Below are positions 63,621 through 64,000 of a stretch of 64,000 nucleotides of DNA, one piece after another. The position numbers were made by a program, and so were the translations under genes. Position 1 is the stretch's first letter. Each line of letters opens with the position of its first letter. This stretch comes from Deltaproteobacteria bacterium. GTDB taxonomy: Bacteria > Myxococcota_A > Polyangia > Fen-1088. The notes below the pieces were generated by a model that saw only the letters and a program-made list of their open reading frames with translations, was not told the origin of the DNA and did no database searches. The stretch lies in NCBI GenBank assembly GCA_034439895.1, contig JAWXBF010000003.1, positions 6,819 through 70,818 of the forward strand, given 5' to 3'.

Positions 63621-64000
63621 GACACTCGTATTATCTAGGCCCATACGGGAAGATCGTGACAGAAAAATTCAGCAAACAGTGGATTCCGAGATCGAGCAGC
63701 TGAGTCCCGACACCTGTTCGATGAGCGAGTTGCTCGGCAGCGCCACCAACACCTGATATGAATATCGGGTGTTTCGAGTTGCAGCCGTTCTTGGCAAAAG
63801 TTGGCGGTCGGCCGGCGTGTTCGCGCTTTCGATTCTCGGCGTCCTTTGGTTCCATCATATGGTGGCTGCGCGCGAGCCGACGACAACCTGGTTGCTGTGG
63901 GATCTGCTGCGGCTGTGGTCCTGGCAAGTGGTGCTTTCAAGCGCCTGTCTTTGTGCCGGCTACCGTGTTCTGAGTTGGCTAGACGATCCTGCTCGACCGG

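Noticed and set aside
1-64000. Mobile elements, CRISPR arrays, rRNA/tRNA genes
   Set aside because: No transposase, integrase or Cas motif, no repeat-spacer periodicity, and no tRNA-like cloverleaf was recognised. tRNA absence cannot be excluded without a covariance-model search.
63758-64000. Partial plus-strand ORF at the window edge (Cys/Gly-rich, MNIGCFELQPF...)
   Set aside because: It is truncated by the window end and has no recognisable motifs, so it cannot be supported.

Overview
This is a high-GC (~63%) bacterial chromosomal window. Its core is a ~31-kb, almost gap-free, minus-strand flagellar regulon running from 49.1 kb down to 18.5 kb, in five blocks: flgB-flgC-fliE-fliF-G-H-I-J-K-flgD-flgE; fliM-N-O-P-Q-R-flhB-flhA-flhF-flhG-fliA-flgF; flgG-flgA-flgH-flgI-flgJ; flgM-flgN-flgK-flgL; fliC, then fliD-fliS and a small ORF. 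Many genes overlap by 4 bp. Directly upstream sits a sigma-54 activator that lacks a receiver domain. Exact or near-exact sigma-54 -24/-12 boxes lie only ~18-20 bp upstream of flgB and fliM. Two dense signalling islands flank the flagellar genes. (1) At 8.3-16.3 kb: PilZ, an HK, a LuxR-type RR, an HK-like protein, REC-EAL, REC-GGDEF-EAL and a second HK. (2) At 50.7-60.7 kb: an FHA protein, an HDOD protein, a REC-HK, a PAS-HK, an FHA-HK-REC hybrid, a Ser/Thr kinase fused to HDOD, fliL displaced from fliMN, and an HDOD-GGDEF protein. Island 2 is wedged between the flagellar master regulator and fliL and is the best candidate for an undescribed motility-control module. The 5' edge carries a YdeI-like gene split by an in-frame TGA, an ECF-sigma fragment, secreted lipoproteins, an arylsulfotransferase-like protein, a di-haem cytochrome c peroxidase, an esterase and a truncated haemoglobin. 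The 3' edge carries a TAT-exported multicopper oxidase overlapping an outer-membrane efflux factor gene. H-box types (HDFNN/HSLNN) and the HDOD/PilZ richness suggest a deltaproteobacterial or Myxococcota-like host (inference). No rRNA/tRNA, CRISPR or mobile element was recognised. motAB and che genes are absent from the window.
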